A DNA stretch of 64,000 nucleotides. Origin: Dehalococcoidia bacterium (GTDB lineage Bacteria > Chloroflexota > Dehalococcoidia > UBA6926). A program made the translations under genes and the position numbers. This document shows, in pieces, positions 33,099-40,770 of this stretch. The stretch's first letter is position 1. The number at the start of each line of letters is the position of its first letter. The DNA is taken from NCBI GenBank assembly GCA_965247995.1, contig OZ252041.1:1218444-1282443 (forward strand), read 5' to 3'. The notes under the pieces are model-generated. The model did not search any database and was not told the DNA's origin. It was given only the letters and a program-made list of their open reading frames with translations.

Positions 33099-33740
33099 AT
33101 GCCGCAATACGCGGTCCGGATTCCGTGCGGGGGAATCGAACTCGAGGGACGGCTTCATTTCCCGGACGGCGAGGAAACGCCGATCGGTGGGGTAGTGGTG
33201 TGTCATCCCCACCCCCAGTACGGCGGGGACATGAACAACAACGTGGTGATCGAGATCGTGCGAGCCCTGCTCGAGAACGGGATCGCCGCGATGCGCTTCA
33301 ACTTCCGCGGTGTGGGTGCGAGTGGCGGCAGCTTTGGCGGCGGCGTTGAGGAGCGCAGGGACGCGATCGCGGCATTGGACTCGGTTGCGACGAACGACCT
33401 TGCGCCGCTGAGTTCGATTGGGCTGGTAGGATACTCGTTCGGTGGTGGCGTCGCCCTCAATGCAGCGCCGGAGGCGCATGATCTGAGTGCATTGGCCCTC
33501 GTGTCGGCCGTCGGCGACGGCGATGTGCCCGGAGTGGAGCGTCTCACGATGCCAAAGCTTCTCGTAACAGGAGAAGCGGATTCGTTCGCGACGGTGGAGA
33601 GGATCGAAACGCTGGCGGCGTCGATGCCACCTTCCGTCGAAACCGAAGTGTACCCGCAGACCGATCATTTCTGGTGGGGCTCGGAGGAGCGGATGGCGGC
33701 GCGGGTCTCTGACTTCTTCCATCGGGCCTTCGGGGTCTGA
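33099..33740 (+). CDS. Alpha/beta hydrolase fold protein
   Basis: Nucleophile elbow GYSFGG, small alpha/beta hydrolase. Confidence 0.7.
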   Translation: MPQYAVRIPCGGIELEGRLHFPDGEETPIGGVVVCHPHPQYGGDMNNNVVIEIVRALLENGIAAMRFNFRGVGASGGSFGGGVEERRDAIAALDSVATNDLAPLSSIGLVGYSFGGGVALNAAPEAHDLSALALVSAVGDGDVPGVERLTMPKLLVTGEADSFATVERIETLAASMPPSVETEVYPQTDHFWWGSEERMAARVSDFFHRAFGV

Positions 33741-33781
33741 TCACGGTTGTTCCGGGTACGGCCCGTTCGTAGACTGGGCCC

Positions 33782-34363
33782 ATGACGGCCGACCCGCCAC
33801 AGAACTCAACTCCCGCCTCCCCGCCGGCAAAGGGCGGATTCGTGCTGGCAATCCCGTTCGTGGCGGTGGGTGCGGTTGTCCTTGCGGCAGACCAGGCGAC
33901 CAAGCAGGCCGTCGTTACGTTTGTGGAATGGCGCGATGTGGTGACGGTGGCTCCGTTCTTTGGAATCACTCACGTGACCAATACAGGGAGCGCGTTTGGG
34001 CTACTGCAGGGCCAGTCCGGGTTTCTGATCTTGGCGAGCGTGATCGGCCTGCTGGCGGTGATCTTTTACTACCGGGCGAACGGCCGAGAGAGCCTACTCC
34101 TGCGTTTCGCGCTTGGGTTGGTGATGGGAGGGGCGCTTGGAAACCTCACCGACCGGTTGCTTCGGGGCGCGGTGGTGGATTTCATCGACGTCCAACCCTG
34201 GCCGGGATTCCACTGGCCGGCTTTCAACATCGCGGACAGCTCGCTTCTGGTTGGCTTAATGCTGCTGGCCATCTACGTCATGCGGCAGCGCGAGCGCCGA
34301 ACGGGAGCGATAGCGCGGCCCGTCCCAACGGCGACGACTATCGGTGGTGACGCGCAGTCCTGA
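33782..34363 (+). CDS. lspA: Lipoprotein signal peptidase II
   Basis: Conserved NTGSAFG and FNIAD motifs. Confidence 0.85.
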   Translation: MTADPPQNSTPASPPAKGGFVLAIPFVAVGAVVLAADQATKQAVVTFVEWRDVVTVAPFFGITHVTNTGSAFGLLQGQSGFLILASVIGLLAVIFYYRANGRESLLLRFALGLVMGGALGNLTDRLLRGAVVDFIDVQPWPGFHWPAFNIADSSLLVGLMLLAIYVMRQRERRTGAIARPVPTATTIGGDAQS

Positions 34364-35318
34364 CCCCTCCGCGTTCACGGTGGGTGAGCGCGATGCGGGT
34401 CAACGGTTGGACCGGTTCCTAGCGGACCGTATGGTGGGGTTTTCCCGGTCGGCGATTGGTCGCATCCTCCGAGAAGGCGGAGTCTCCATCAACAACGCAG
34501 CGCCCCGGAAGGCGGGCCAAATGCTCGACCCCGGGGATGTCGTGTTGGTCCAGCGGGTCACGCCGAACGAGGAGTTGACGACCCCCTCGGCTGCTGATGT
34601 CCCCCGTGTCATCTACGAGGACGAGTTCCTGCTGGCGATTGACAAGCCAGCGGGACTCCCGGTTCATCCTGGACCCGGACATTCGGTGGGGACTCTGGTC
34701 GACCGTCTGCTTGCGTTGGGCACACCGTTGTCCCAATCCGCAGGAGACGAACGTCCCGGGATTGTCCACCGGCTGGACAAAGAGACGTCCGGAGTCATGT
34801 TGGTCGCGAAGAACGACGCCGTGCACGCGGTCCTGGCGAAACAGTTCGCCCTGAGGGACGTTCAAAAAACCTACCTTGCGCTGCTCCGGGGCCGGCTCCT
34901 GCCAGAAGAAGGCATGATCGACGCACCAATTGGCAGAGACCCGGGCAACCGCCAACGGATGGCGATTGTCACGAAGGGCCGCGAAGCGCAAACGGGGTTC
35001 AGGGTCGTTCGCCACCTTGGCGACCGTTCCCTTGTAGTTGCACGGCCTCAGACAGGGAGACCGCACCAGATACGGGTCCACTTCTCATCGATCGGCCATC
35101 CTGTCGTCGGCGATCCGGTGTACGGCCGTGGGCGAGGGCGCCGGCGTCACGACACCTCGCGGATGTTTCTTCATTCGTTCCGCCTGAGGTTCGAGCACCC
35201 CGTCTCGCAGGCATCGGTTGTGGTGGAGGCAACGTTGGCGCCTGACCTCGAGGCGGACCTTCGTACGATGGCGGGCGCTGACTACGAGGCGCTGATGGAA
35301 GAGATTGCGAGCGCCTAG
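34344..35318 (+). CDS. RluA-family pseudouridine synthase (RluD-like, S4 domain)
   Basis: HRLDKETSG catalytic motif, N-terminal S4. Confidence 0.85.
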   Translation: MVTRSPDPSAFTVGERDAGQRLDRFLADRMVGFSRSAIGRILREGGVSINNAAPRKAGQMLDPGDVVLVQRVTPNEELTTPSAADVPRVIYEDEFLLAIDKPAGLPVHPGPGHSVGTLVDRLLALGTPLSQSAGDERPGIVHRLDKETSGVMLVAKNDAVHAVLAKQFALRDVQKTYLALLRGRLLPEEGMIDAPIGRDPGNRQRMAIVTKGREAQTGFRVVRHLGDRSLVVARPQTGRPHQIRVHFSSIGHPVVGDPVYGRGRGRRRHDTSRMFLHSFRLRFEHPVSQASVVVEATLAPDLEADLRTMAGADYEALMEEIASA

Positions 35319-35357
35319 CCAGTAAGATGGACCTGCTCTGAGATTGGACCGCGAGGG

Positions 35358-36965
35358 ATGAACGAACCAGTGGCAACCAACACCGTCCGCGTCCGCTATG
35401 CGCCAAGTCCGACTGGGACTCCGCACGTGGGGAACATTCGCACGGCGCTGTTCAACTGGCTGTTCGCTCGCCATCACGATGGAACCTTCATCGTCCGGAT
35501 CGAAGACACCGATCAGGAGCGACGGGTCGAGGGCGCTGAACAAGAGATCCTCGATTCGCTGCGATGGCTGGACCTAGACTGGGACGAGGGACCGGACACG
35601 CCTGACGGCGCATTCGGTCCGTATGTCCAGTCCCAGCGGCTTGGGCTCTATCAAGATGTTGCCCGGCGGTTGATCGATGCGGACGCTGCGTATTACTGCT
35701 ACTGCTCGTTGGACCGTCTGGACGCCCTCCGGCAAGCACAGACGAAGCGAAAGGCGCCGACGGGTTATGACCGCAAGTGCCGGAACTTGAGCTCGGAGGA
35801 ACGCGCGGAAGCGAATGACAGCGGGGTGGCCCCCGTGGTCCGGTTCAAGATACCGCTCACTGGCAAGACCACGTTCCACGATGCGATCCGCGGGTCGGTG
35901 ACCTGGGAAAACCGGCTGATCGACGACTTCGTGTTGCTCAAGTCCGATGGATTCCCGACCTACCACTTGGCTAACGTGGTGGACGATCACGAGATGCAGA
36001 TCTCGCACGTGTTCCGAGCGGACGAATGGTTGGCTTCGACACCTCGGCATGTACTGCTGTACCAATCGTTGGAGTGGGAACCGCCAGTCTTTGCGCACAT
36101 GCCGCTGATCTTGGGGTCCGACCGTTCGAAGCTGTCAAAGCGCCACGGGGCTGTTTCGCTGCTCGACTACTCCGAGCAGGGTTATCTCCCTGAGGCCATG
36201 CTCAACTTCCTTGCGCTGCTGGGTTGGTCCCTCGATGATAAGACCACCGTCTTGTCGCGCGGCGACTTGGTCCGGGGATTCAAGCTGGACCGTGTGGTGG
36301 CGTCACCCGCCATCTTCGATCTGGACAAATTGAGTTGGATCAACGGCGTGTACATTCGCGAACTGGCCCCTGACGAGTTCGCGAAACAAGCGCTCCCGTT
36401 CCTCACCCGGGGTCTGCCGGCGGAAGTACGCCGACCGCTCGATTGGTCGTTCACACGCGAGGTCTGTGCACTCGTGCAAGACCGGGCGCGGACTCTCGGT
36501 GAGGTGACGGAGCTGGCCGAATTCTTCTATACGCACGACGTCGATTTCCCGCCGGCTTTGATTTGGGCAGGGATGGGGGACAAACAGGTCAAGAAGTTGG
36601 CGGATGCCGGAGAGGACCTGTCGAACCATGCGCTACCCGAAGACGCGGCGGTGATATTGGCTTGGCTGGAAGCGGCTGACCGCCGGCTCAACGAGTTGGA
36701 GGGCGAGTGGGAAGCGGGCCGGCTGGAGGAGACACTCCGTGCTCTGGTCACGGAGGTCGATTCGAGCACAAGAAAGCTGTTCGGTGCGCTGCGCGTCGCG
36801 TTGACCGGGCGCACCGCTGCGCCTCCGTTGTTCGAAACCATGGAGGTATTGAACCGGGACGTGTGCTTAGACCGGATCAGCGCGGCGACCGACCGGCTCC
36901 GAACGAGCTACCAACAGCGCCGGGTGGACTCTGCGAACCACGCCGTATCGTCAACGAGGGAGTGA
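35358..36965 (+). CDS. gltX: Glutamate--tRNA ligase
   Basis: HVGN (HIGH) and KLSKR (KMSKS) motifs. Confidence 0.9.
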   Translation: MNEPVATNTVRVRYAPSPTGTPHVGNIRTALFNWLFARHHDGTFIVRIEDTDQERRVEGAEQEILDSLRWLDLDWDEGPDTPDGAFGPYVQSQRLGLYQDVARRLIDADAAYYCYCSLDRLDALRQAQTKRKAPTGYDRKCRNLSSEERAEANDSGVAPVVRFKIPLTGKTTFHDAIRGSVTWENRLIDDFVLLKSDGFPTYHLANVVDDHEMQISHVFRADEWLASTPRHVLLYQSLEWEPPVFAHMPLILGSDRSKLSKRHGAVSLLDYSEQGYLPEAMLNFLALLGWSLDDKTTVLSRGDLVRGFKLDRVVASPAIFDLDKLSWINGVYIRELAPDEFAKQALPFLTRGLPAEVRRPLDWSFTREVCALVQDRARTLGEVTELAEFFYTHDVDFPPALIWAGMGDKQVKKLADAGEDLSNHALPEDAAVILAWLEAADRRLNELEGEWEAGRLEETLRALVTEVDSSTRKLFGALRVALTGRTAAPPLFETMEVLNRDVCLDRISAATDRLRTSYQQRRVDSANHAVSSTRE

Positions 36966-36969
36966 CGCC

Positions 36970-36990
36970 CCGGGCGAACGCGGTTCGCCG
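36970..36990 (+). terminator. Perfect 9-bp GC hairpin after gltX (no U tract)
   Basis: CGGGCGAAC-GCG-GTTCGCCCG. Confidence 0.25.
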
Positions 36991-37114
36991 ATGACCGAGA
37001 TTCTTGGTCGAAGACAAGCGAGTCAATGGTTTGTTGCCGACCGACGCCTTGAACTGCAGCGAGGCCGAATGGATAATGAGCGAACCCCCGAATGTAGGGT
37101 GTCAGGCTGAGCGC

Positions 37115-37193
37115 GACCCGGTGGTGTAGTCTGGTTTAACATACTGCCCTGTCAAGGCAGAGATCGCCGGTTCAAATCCGGTCCGGGTCGCCA
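37115..37193 (+). tRNA. tRNA-Asp (anticodon GTC), CCA encoded
   Basis: Cloverleaf folded by hand: acceptor GACCCGG/CCGGGTC, anticodon loop CTGTCAA with U33, T-loop TTCAAAT, discriminator G. Confidence 0.8.
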
Positions 37194-37215
37194 GGCTTTT
37201 TGCGGGGAGGTTGCT

Positions 37216-37686
37216 GTGGAGCTAATGGTCTGCAAGGTCCCGCCATCATTGGCCGGCGATCCTGGGCCCTTCCCCTTTGATCCCAGATACGAAGAACACT
37301 TCCGAGCGGCCGCCGCTCGTCGCGCAGTATTGGTGCTCGAAGGTGACGTCCTCGCCAACAGCGACGAATGGTACAGGGCGTTTCAGGTTGACACGCGGTC
37401 GCTGTTACCCGCCACGGACGCGGCTGGTCGCTACCTCTACGGGATGCCGACGGAACTATACGTTCGAGCTCAACGAGTCTGCCAGCAATATGCGATCGGT
37501 GGGGTGCCACGCGCTGGGGACCTCGGCTACACAATGGAGCACAACAAGCTTTGGTTCTTCACTCGCACACAACCGCACAGCATGGATCGGTTTGATCCCG
37601 TCCTGGATCAAATCACCGCAGACTTCTCGGCATACGTCGTGGACGATTTCTTCGGACCGCATCGGCAGCCGCTTGGCGTCGGATAG
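37216..37686 (+). CDS. Hypothetical protein, first gene of tRNA-adjacent island
   Basis: GTG start after GGGGAGG; no domain recognised. Confidence 0.4.
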   Translation: MELMVCKVPPSLAGDPGPFPFDPRYEEHFRAAAARRAVLVLEGDVLANSDEWYRAFQVDTRSLLPATDAAGRYLYGMPTELYVRAQRVCQQYAIGGVPRAGDLGYTMEHNKLWFFTRTQPHSMDRFDPVLDQITADFSAYVVDDFFGPHRQPLGVG

Positions 37687-37697
37687 GATGCCGCGGG

Positions 37698-38294
37698 GTG
37701 GTCGATACGCGAAGACGTCCTCTCGCGGTGAACGGCTCCACGGTGGTACCGTTGGCGACGGTGGTCAAGACACTCGAAGACGCGGGGACTCCCGAGGACC
37801 TTATCCACCAGGTAGTCGTGGCGAGTCAACCTATTCCAGTCACACTCCGAGAAGCCGCAGAACGGTGTAGTGCGCCTCATCGCCGGGTACGTTGGTGGCA
37901 CAGTCGGGGCCTACTCTCCGAAGTAAGTCGTGAGAAGGGCCCAGGTCCGGGTGGGAGAATCGTCTATGTCGATCTTCACGAAGTTGAACACTTGGTGAAG
38001 CACCCACCCAGCGGCGATTCGCGCCGAGCACATGACGCGCCAGCTTTCGTGCCGGGAGAGCCCAATCCGGTATTGCTCCGTGAGGCCGCTGAGCGGTGCG
38101 GGTTGCCTCTCAGCCGGATTAGGGGATGGCATGCTCGGGGCCACCTTGACGAGGTCGGCAGAGGCCCTGGCCCGGGGGGTTCGATCGTCTACGTTGACCT
38201 CAACCAGGTCCATTATCTCAGGGACAACCCTCCCCCCTACGGGCCGCGCCCCAAACTGGAGGCGTACCTCAAGATTGTCGCGAGTGTGATGTAG
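37698..38294 (+). CDS. Tandem excisionase/MerR-like HTH_17 domain protein (two ~55-aa repeats)
   Basis: Internal duplication VTLREAAERCSAP...GGRIVYVDL / VLLREAAERCGLP...GGSIVYVDL. Confidence 0.5.
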   Translation: MVDTRRRPLAVNGSTVVPLATVVKTLEDAGTPEDLIHQVVVASQPIPVTLREAAERCSAPHRRVRWWHSRGLLSEVSREKGPGPGGRIVYVDLHEVEHLVKHPPSGDSRRAHDAPAFVPGEPNPVLLREAAERCGLPLSRIRGWHARGHLDEVGRGPGPGGSIVYVDLNQVHYLRDNPPPYGPRPKLEAYLKIVASVM

Positions 38295-38611
38295 CACTGC
38301 TACTCGTCTGTTGACTTCTGCGGCGGGGGTTGACAGAGCCAAATAAAGGCATCTACCTTTCCCCCAGTCACTATCGGCTGGGGGTTTCTTGGTTCATGGG
38401 GAACGCACTCCACCGGCAACCGCGTGAGCGCAGCGTGCCCGATAGTCGAACCTTCGCTGAAGGGACGTGTCTTTCCCTAGCTATTGGGACCGCGTTTTTT
38501 GTCATGTCGCTTTGGCTCCACCAACTCCCCGAAATGCCGACGGTCGCTGCCGTCGGACTATTGGCGGCTATCCCGTTGACGTATGCCCTTGGGGCGATAT
38601 GCGGAGACGCT

Positions 38612-38803
38612 CTAGCTGGACATGCGGTTCGCTATGTAGAATCCCGCTCCGCCAATAAACGTGCTGACGACGAGCAGAACCGCCGCACCACCCCAATTGC
38701 CCACGATGGCGTTGAACACGATCAGCACGAACGCCGTGATCAACAGTAGTGCAAGTAGCACGCGAATGACCGCCGCAATGCCAGCTCCAATTACTCCGCC
38801 CAT
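38612..38803 (-). CDS. Small membrane protein (~63 aa, two TM helices)
   Basis: Strong SD GGAGGAGG 4 nt before ATG; consistent GC3 codon bias. Confidence 0.4.
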   Translation of the reverse strand: MGGVIGAGIAAVIRVLLALLLITAFVLIVFNAIVGNWGGAAVLLVVSTFIGGAGFYIANRMSS

Positions 38804-39004
38804 GTCCTCCTCCGTTCTTGAGATCCGCGTACTCGACCACGTACATCCTATTGGAACGGAGGGGGGCACCAGAACACCAATCGTGCGGGTGCCGAGCGAT
38901 CTCAAACCACCTCGGCTTCGGCCGCCAGATTCCTAGGTAACAAAAACCGACCGGCCCCTATCACTTGGCGGTGCAGCGGGGCCGGTCAGAAGAAAGGAGG
39001 GCGT

Positions 39005-39313
39005 ATGCCCTCGCCGACCAATTCTACCAGCGAACCGGCATCGGCGCGAAGACATGGCCGGAACCCGCTGGACTACCAGGACTCTCGAAACCGCGACCTG
39101 GGCCGTTGGGCTCCGCTGTTGTACTGCCCGGTCCTGGAGTGCAACAGGCCGGTCGAAGACCACCCACGGTGCACCGAATGCACGATCTCCGTCGGCCCCC
39201 ACCACTTCGAGCAGTACCTCACATCAGACGGGCGCTGCCTGACGTGTGCCTACACCGATCCAGTGCGTGATCCATCTCTGGAATATCTCCCGCTGCTATT
39301 GAGGGCGGGGTGA
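39005..39313 (+). CDS. Cys-rich zinc-ribbon protein
   Basis: SD AAGGAGG; three CxxC pairs. Confidence 0.45.
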   Translation: MPSPTNSTSEPASARRHGRNPLDYQDSRNRDLGRWAPLLYCPVLECNRPVEDHPRCTECTISVGPHHFEQYLTSDGRCLTCAYTDPVRDPSLEYLPLLLRAG

Positions 39314-39316
39314 GCG

Positions 39317-39766
39317 GTGGCCATGACCAGGCTCCCTTCTCACGTGTATGAGCGCCTAATGGTGCAGGGCCTTGCGCGCGAGTACATCGATGCGGTGGTT
39401 GAGTCTGCCCGACATGCCTTCGCGTCGGGCGACCTAGATCACGCGGCGCTGGTCGAGAACAACCACACCGACACCTTCATCGCGGCGCTGTTGTTGGTAG
39501 TCGGTGCTTTGGTTGACGAGCTCTCGCTGCCACCCTCCGGCGCACCCGGGGCCGCCGCATGCGACCGCTGCGGGAAGTCGCTCAACCCCGAGCAACTTAC
39601 ACGCGCTGCCGGCTCGGTCTCCTGTCTGGACTGCACGCTGGCGACGACGACTGACGATCTGACCCGCGTCGATATCAGCGTTGGCCTCTTACGCCGATTG
39701 CGGGGCGCAGCGTTGTACCGCCCACCCGAGACACACACGGACTCCCGATTCGACGCGACGACGTGA
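39317..39766 (+). CDS. TraR/DksA-type C4 zinc-finger protein
   Basis: CDRCGKS-x19-CLDC. Confidence 0.45.
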   Translation: MAMTRLPSHVYERLMVQGLAREYIDAVVESARHAFASGDLDHAALVENNHTDTFIAALLLVVGALVDELSLPPSGAPGAAACDRCGKSLNPEQLTRAAGSVSCLDCTLATTTDDLTRVDISVGLLRRLRGAALYRPPETHTDSRFDATT

Positions 39767-40008
39767 AACGAGAAAGGAGCGACCACCGCCATGAACGAAT
39801 CCCGCGAGACACGGGCACGCATGAACGAGCCCATCGGGAAACGGAATGGGGAAAAATCCGCGGCACGTTCGAAGGGTTGCCCGGGGGCAAGGACGCAGCG
39901 AAACGCGGAGCGCAGACGCGAGCGGCGAACGGCCTCGTGCCATTCCAACGGGTCGACGACGAGGACGACGGGCTCGGCAAAGACCAGGCCGCGGATCGGG
40001 GCTGAGGA

Positions 40009-40404
40009 GTGTCCCAACAAACCATGGCCAAGCTCCATCCAAGCTCATACACACGGCTGTGGCCCGTCTTGGGCCACTACTCAGTCATGGGTGTCATCGA
40101 CGACCATCTCGCTCGGCTCCAAGAGGCGATGGGCAAGGGCATGTCGTTGCCGAGCCCAGAGGCGTATTTGACTGCGGTCCTCGCAGACGAATTGGAGGCT
40201 CTGAAAAGTCCGTCGTTCGCGTCCGAACTGAACGGCGGCTGTGATCGATGCGGGAAAACGTTCGACCCCGAACGAGTGGTCCATTCGTCTGCCGATGCTC
40301 TCGCTTGGTGCATCGATTGTGCGCTGGCCGTGGTCGCTGATGAAGCTGCCCGGGTCAACGTCAGCGTCGGCCTCCTGATCCGGCTCCGAGACGGCGTGCG
40401 TTAG
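40009..40404 (+). CDS. TraR/DksA-type C4 zinc-finger protein, paralog of 39317-39766
   Basis: CDRCGKT-x21-CIDC; C-terminal ~50 aa alignable to paralog. Confidence 0.45.
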   Translation: MSQQTMAKLHPSSYTRLWPVLGHYSVMGVIDDHLARLQEAMGKGMSLPSPEAYLTAVLADELEALKSPSFASELNGGCDRCGKTFDPERVVHSSADALAWCIDCALAVVADEAARVNVSVGLLIRLRDGVR

Positions 40405-40433
40405 CCATCGGCACGATCCAGACGACGAGGAGG

Positions 40434-40664
40434 GTGACCATGCCGAATCGCAAGCAACACCGGGGCCTCAGCGTGCCAGCACGACCCGTTCCACCCGCGG
40501 ATGCACGCCGAATCGTCTACGTGTGTCGACTCCGATGCGGTCGCTGCGCGGCCCGAAACACGATCCGATGGATGTCCGACACGACTCCGCCGGCCGGCGA
40601 GTTGTGTGCCCGGTGCGGAGCTGGACTCCCCCTCCACGTCGAAGACGCATCCGAACCCCAATGA
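40434..40664 (+). CDS. Small zinc-ribbon protein
   Basis: CRLRCGRCAAR...CARCG. Confidence 0.3.
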   Translation: MTMPNRKQHRGLSVPARPVPPADARRIVYVCRLRCGRCAARNTIRWMSDTTPPAGELCARCGAGLPLHVEDASEPQ

Positions 40665-40770
40665 CACCCAGCGCTGCTGACCCTCGCGTCGTTGCCCTTG
40701 CTTACCGGCGTCCGGTGGTGTCGTGGGTGCTGAGGAGCTTCCGCGGCGCTCGTACCAGGTTCTACTAGTC

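Noticed and set aside
37194-37215. Looked for a tyrosine integrase next to tRNA-Asp and for a direct repeat of the tRNA 3' end downstream
   Set aside because: Neither was found in the window, and attR may lie beyond 64000. The island call rests on gene content, not on att sites.
38330-38749. 139-aa plus-strand ORF
   Set aside because: It overlaps a minus-strand small membrane protein that has a much stronger SD. Only one can be real, and the minus-strand ORF has better codon bias.
39791-40171. Arg-rich 126-aa ORF between the two TraR-like genes
   Set aside because: Extreme Arg/Thr composition typical of an out-of-frame GC-rich translation, and it overlaps the well-supported 40009-40404 gene.
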